32,000 bases of DNA from Wolbachia endosymbiont of Onchocerca ochengi. GTDB taxonomy: Bacteria > Pseudomonadota > Alphaproteobacteria > Rickettsiales > Anaplasmataceae. The position numbers and the translations under genes were made by a program. This document shows, piece by piece, positions 29,644 through 32,000 of this stretch; the first letter of the stretch is position 1; each line of letters opens with the position of its first letter. Location: positions 360,001 through 392,000 of the forward strand of contig NC_018267.1 in NCBI RefSeq assembly GCF_000306885.1, read 5' to 3'. The notes under the pieces were generated by a model that ran no database searches, was not told the DNA's origin, and worked only from the letters and a program-made list of their open reading frames with translations.

Positions 29644-31200
29644 GTGATTGCTATTATTGATTTTGGTTCACAATTTACACAGCTTATTGCAAAACAAATC
29701 AGAGAAATGGGTGTTTATTGTGAGATATTCCAAAGCAACATTAATTTTGAAGTAATGTCAAAATGCAATGGATTTATTTTCTCTGGAGGACCGCAATCTG
29801 TCAATGATAGTTATTCTGATATAGATGGAGTAGCACGTGAGATTATAAAATTTAACGAGGTAACGAGTGTTCCTATACTTGGGATATGCTATGGACAACA
29901 AATTATTTGTCATCATTTTGGGGCAAAGGTAAGAAGGGAATTCAAGCAAGAATTTGGTAAAATTAAGATTAAAATACTAAAAGAATCTCCTATTATAAAA
30001 GGTACATGGAATATTAATTCTGAAGTAGATGTATTGATGAATCATGTAGATAGTGTTGAAACTATACCACAAGGGTTTACTGTTATTGCATCAGGTGTAA
30101 TAAATCAAACAATTGCAATAATTGTCAACGAACAACGTAAGATATATTGTACTCAGTTCCATCCTGAAGTTAAGCCTACGACAAATGGTAGTAAGTTGCT
30201 TTCTAATTTCTTGGATATTACGAATTGTAAAAGAGATTGGACGGTGAAATCACTTGTTGAAAAACAGAAGAGGAAAATCAGGAATTTAGTAGGTAATAAG
30301 AAAGTAATCGCTGCGGTAAGTGGTGGAGTTGATTCGAGTGTTGCAGCAACTCTCACATATAAAGCTATAGGGAAACAATTGAATTGTATTTTTATTGATA
30401 CTGGATTATTACACAGGAGCCAGATTATCACTATGTTGAAAGAAATTCCTGTGAACTATGTTAATAAATCAAGTTTGTTTTTGAATAGATTGAAGGGAAT
30501 AATTAATCCAGAGGAAAAGCGAAAAATTATTGGTAGCACTTTTATCGAAGTGTTTGAAGAAAAAGCAAAGGAAATAGGTAATGTAGCCTTTTTGATGCAA
30601 GGTACCATCTATTCTGACGTAGTTGAATCAGGACACGCTTCAGGATATGCTAGTACAATTAAATCTCATCATAATGTTGGTGGATTGCCAGAAAAAATGA
30701 ATCTAAAGTTGATGGAACCTTTACGCTACCTGTTTAAAGATGAGGTAAGAATGCTTGGAAGAGAAATTGGTCTTTCAGATAAAATATTATTTCAACATCC
30801 TTTTCCTGGACCTGGGCTCGCAGTAAGGATTATAGGTGAGGTTAATGAAGAAAAGGTACGAATATTACAAGAAGTGGATGAAATATATATTAATGTAATG
30901 AGAAATTATAATTTATATGATCAAATATGGCAGGCTTTTGCTGTACTGTTGCCAATAAGAACTGTAGGTGTCATGGGAGATAGTCGTACGTACGGGTATG
31001 TTTGTGCTTTGAGAGCCGTGACATCTTCTGATGGTATGACAGCTGATGCATTTCCATTTGAAAATAAAAGTCAATATTCATCAATATTTTGGAGTTTTTT
31101 ACAAGATGTCAGCAGCATAATCGTTAACAATGTTTCCGGGGTAAATAGAGTCGTATATGATTTAACTTCTAAACCACCAGCAACTATTGAGTGGGAATAA
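29644..31200 (+). CDS. guaA: GMP synthase (glutamine-hydrolysing); GTG start
   Basis: 518 aa; [86 protein letters not shown]. Confidence 0.99.
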   Translation: MIAIIDFGSQFTQLIAKQIREMGVYCEIFQSNINFEVMSKCNGFIFSGGPQSVNDSYSDIDGVAREIIKFNEVTSVPILGICYGQQIICHHFGAKVRREFKQEFGKIKIKILKESPIIKGTWNINSEVDVLMNHVDSVETIPQGFTVIASGVINQTIAIIVNEQRKIYCTQFHPEVKPTTNGSKLLSNFLDITNCKRDWTVKSLVEKQKRKIRNLVGNKKVIAAVSGGVDSSVAATLTYKAIGKQLNCIFIDTGLLHRSQIITMLKEIPVNYVNKSSLFLNRLKGIINPEEKRKIIGSTFIEVFEEKAKEIGNVAFLMQGTIYSDVVESGHASGYASTIKSHHNVGGLPEKMNLKLMEPLRYLFKDEVRMLGREIGLSDKILFQHPFPGPGLAVRIIGEVNEEKVRILQEVDEIYINVMRNYNLYDQIWQAFAVLLPIRTVGVMGDSRTYGYVCALRAVTSSDGMTADAFPFENKSQYSSIFWSFLQDVSSIIVNNVSGVNRVVYDLTSKPPATIEWE

Positions 31201-31203
31201 AAT

Positions 31204-31926
31204 CTAAAGTTGTTTTTTCTCTTTTTCATACAGCATACTTTTTTTTATATTGTTTGTAGCTTCTACAAGCAATGCAAATATCAATGAAGAGTATAAGTAT
31301 CCTTTTGGTAATTCTATATTAATCCCTTCAAGGGTTAGGTATACACCAACAAGTAAAATAAATAAGATGGCAATTGTTTTTAGTCTTGTACTAGATTTAA
31401 TTAACTGAACAGTGTAACTCGATAAGAATATCATTACTAATATAGAAAATGTACACGCTATAGCAATTATAGCCGCGTTGTGAGTTAATACTATAGCAGT
31501 TAATAAAGAGTCAACTGAGAAGATTAAGTCTATTAATGTGATTTGTAATATAACTAAAAATGGTTGTGATTTAATATCTATTTTTTTTTCAGATTGCTTG
31601 CATAAAAAAATGTCATTCTGTAACTCTATGACACTTTTAATGATGAGAAATAATCCTCCTGTTATCATAAGTAAATCTTTTACTGAAATGTTTAGCGATG
31701 CAGGATGAAATATAGGTTTTTGCATTGATAATATGTATGATGTAAAAAACAGTGTTATAAGACGCATTAACAGTGCTAGTCCAAGACCTGCAAGGCGTAT
31801 TCTTTCTTTTAGTGTATTTGGTATCTTATCTAGAGATAAAGAAATAAAGATCAAATTATCTATGTTAAGTATAATTTCAAGTAATGTAAGCATTAGTAAA
31901 GTTTGAGCTTCAGCTAACATTTTCAT
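31204..31926 (-). CDS. TerC family integral membrane protein
   Basis: 240 aa; TLLEIILNIDNLIFISLSLDKIP, RLAGLGLALLMRLITLFF, DLLMITGGLFLIIKSV, QITLIDLIFSVDSLLTAIVLT, LVGVYLTLEGINIELPKGYLYSSLIFALLVE. Confidence 0.92.
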   Translation of the reverse strand: MKMLAEAQTLLMLTLLEIILNIDNLIFISLSLDKIPNTLKERIRLAGLGLALLMRLITLFFTSYILSMQKPIFHPASLNISVKDLLMITGGLFLIIKSVIELQNDIFLCKQSEKKIDIKSQPFLVILQITLIDLIFSVDSLLTAIVLTHNAAIIAIACTFSILVMIFLSSYTVQLIKSSTRLKTIAILFILLVGVYLTLEGINIELPKGYLYSSLIFALLVEATNNIKKSMLYEKEKKQL

Positions 31927-32000
31927 TTCAGATTCAGCTATTCTATTCTACAGTAGATATGTAAAAATTAAGTAACTTCTACTTGGACGAAAGTGCAGGT

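Noticed and set aside
1-32000. CRISPR array, transposase/integrase, tRNA or rRNA genes
   Set aside because: No regularly spaced direct repeats, no transposase or integrase motifs and no tRNA T-arm (GTTCRAATC) with a CCA-type end outside the tmRNA were seen by eye. A tRNAscan-SE, Infernal or tandem-repeat run would be needed to exclude subtle cases.

Overview
This window looks like one contiguous chromosomal segment of an AT-rich, reduced Rickettsiales (Anaplasmataceae) genome. The gene set and low coding density fit Wolbachia best, possibly a reduced filarial-type strain; that assignment is inference and needs a search. It is mostly housekeeping: rlpA (partial), murC, eno, obgE, circularly permuted two-piece tmRNA (ssrA) next to an SspB-alpha-like adaptor gene, lipB, purQ, pstA, trmD-rplS, purC, purM, a split chpT-like phosphotransferase gene, a CBS-domain CorC/TlyC protein, a probable oriC, hemE, aspC-like aminotransferase, MFS transporter, glyA, dusB, serS, purD, guaA and terC. 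Long gene-poor gaps (5.4-6.75, 7.4-8.0, 17.5-18.75, 21.3-23.85 and 24.9-26.1 kb) carry in-frame but stop- and frame-broken coding remnants. These include an ankyrin-repeat trace and a broken Ulp1/C48 (clan CE) cysteine-protease gene whose expected catalytic His reads Tyr. The best candidates for follow-up are: (1) the CBS-protein/hemE intergenic region as oriC; (2) the chpT-like gene split at an A9 tract containing the slippery heptamer A_AAA_AAG; (3) the ssrA-sspB pair with a tag ending in LVA; (4) the decayed clan CE protease locus; (5) MurC with altered conserved motifs; (6) a 99-aa ORF at 18445-18744 missing from the supplied track. I found no CRISPR array, tRNA, rRNA, intact mobile element or clearly novel multi-gene system.
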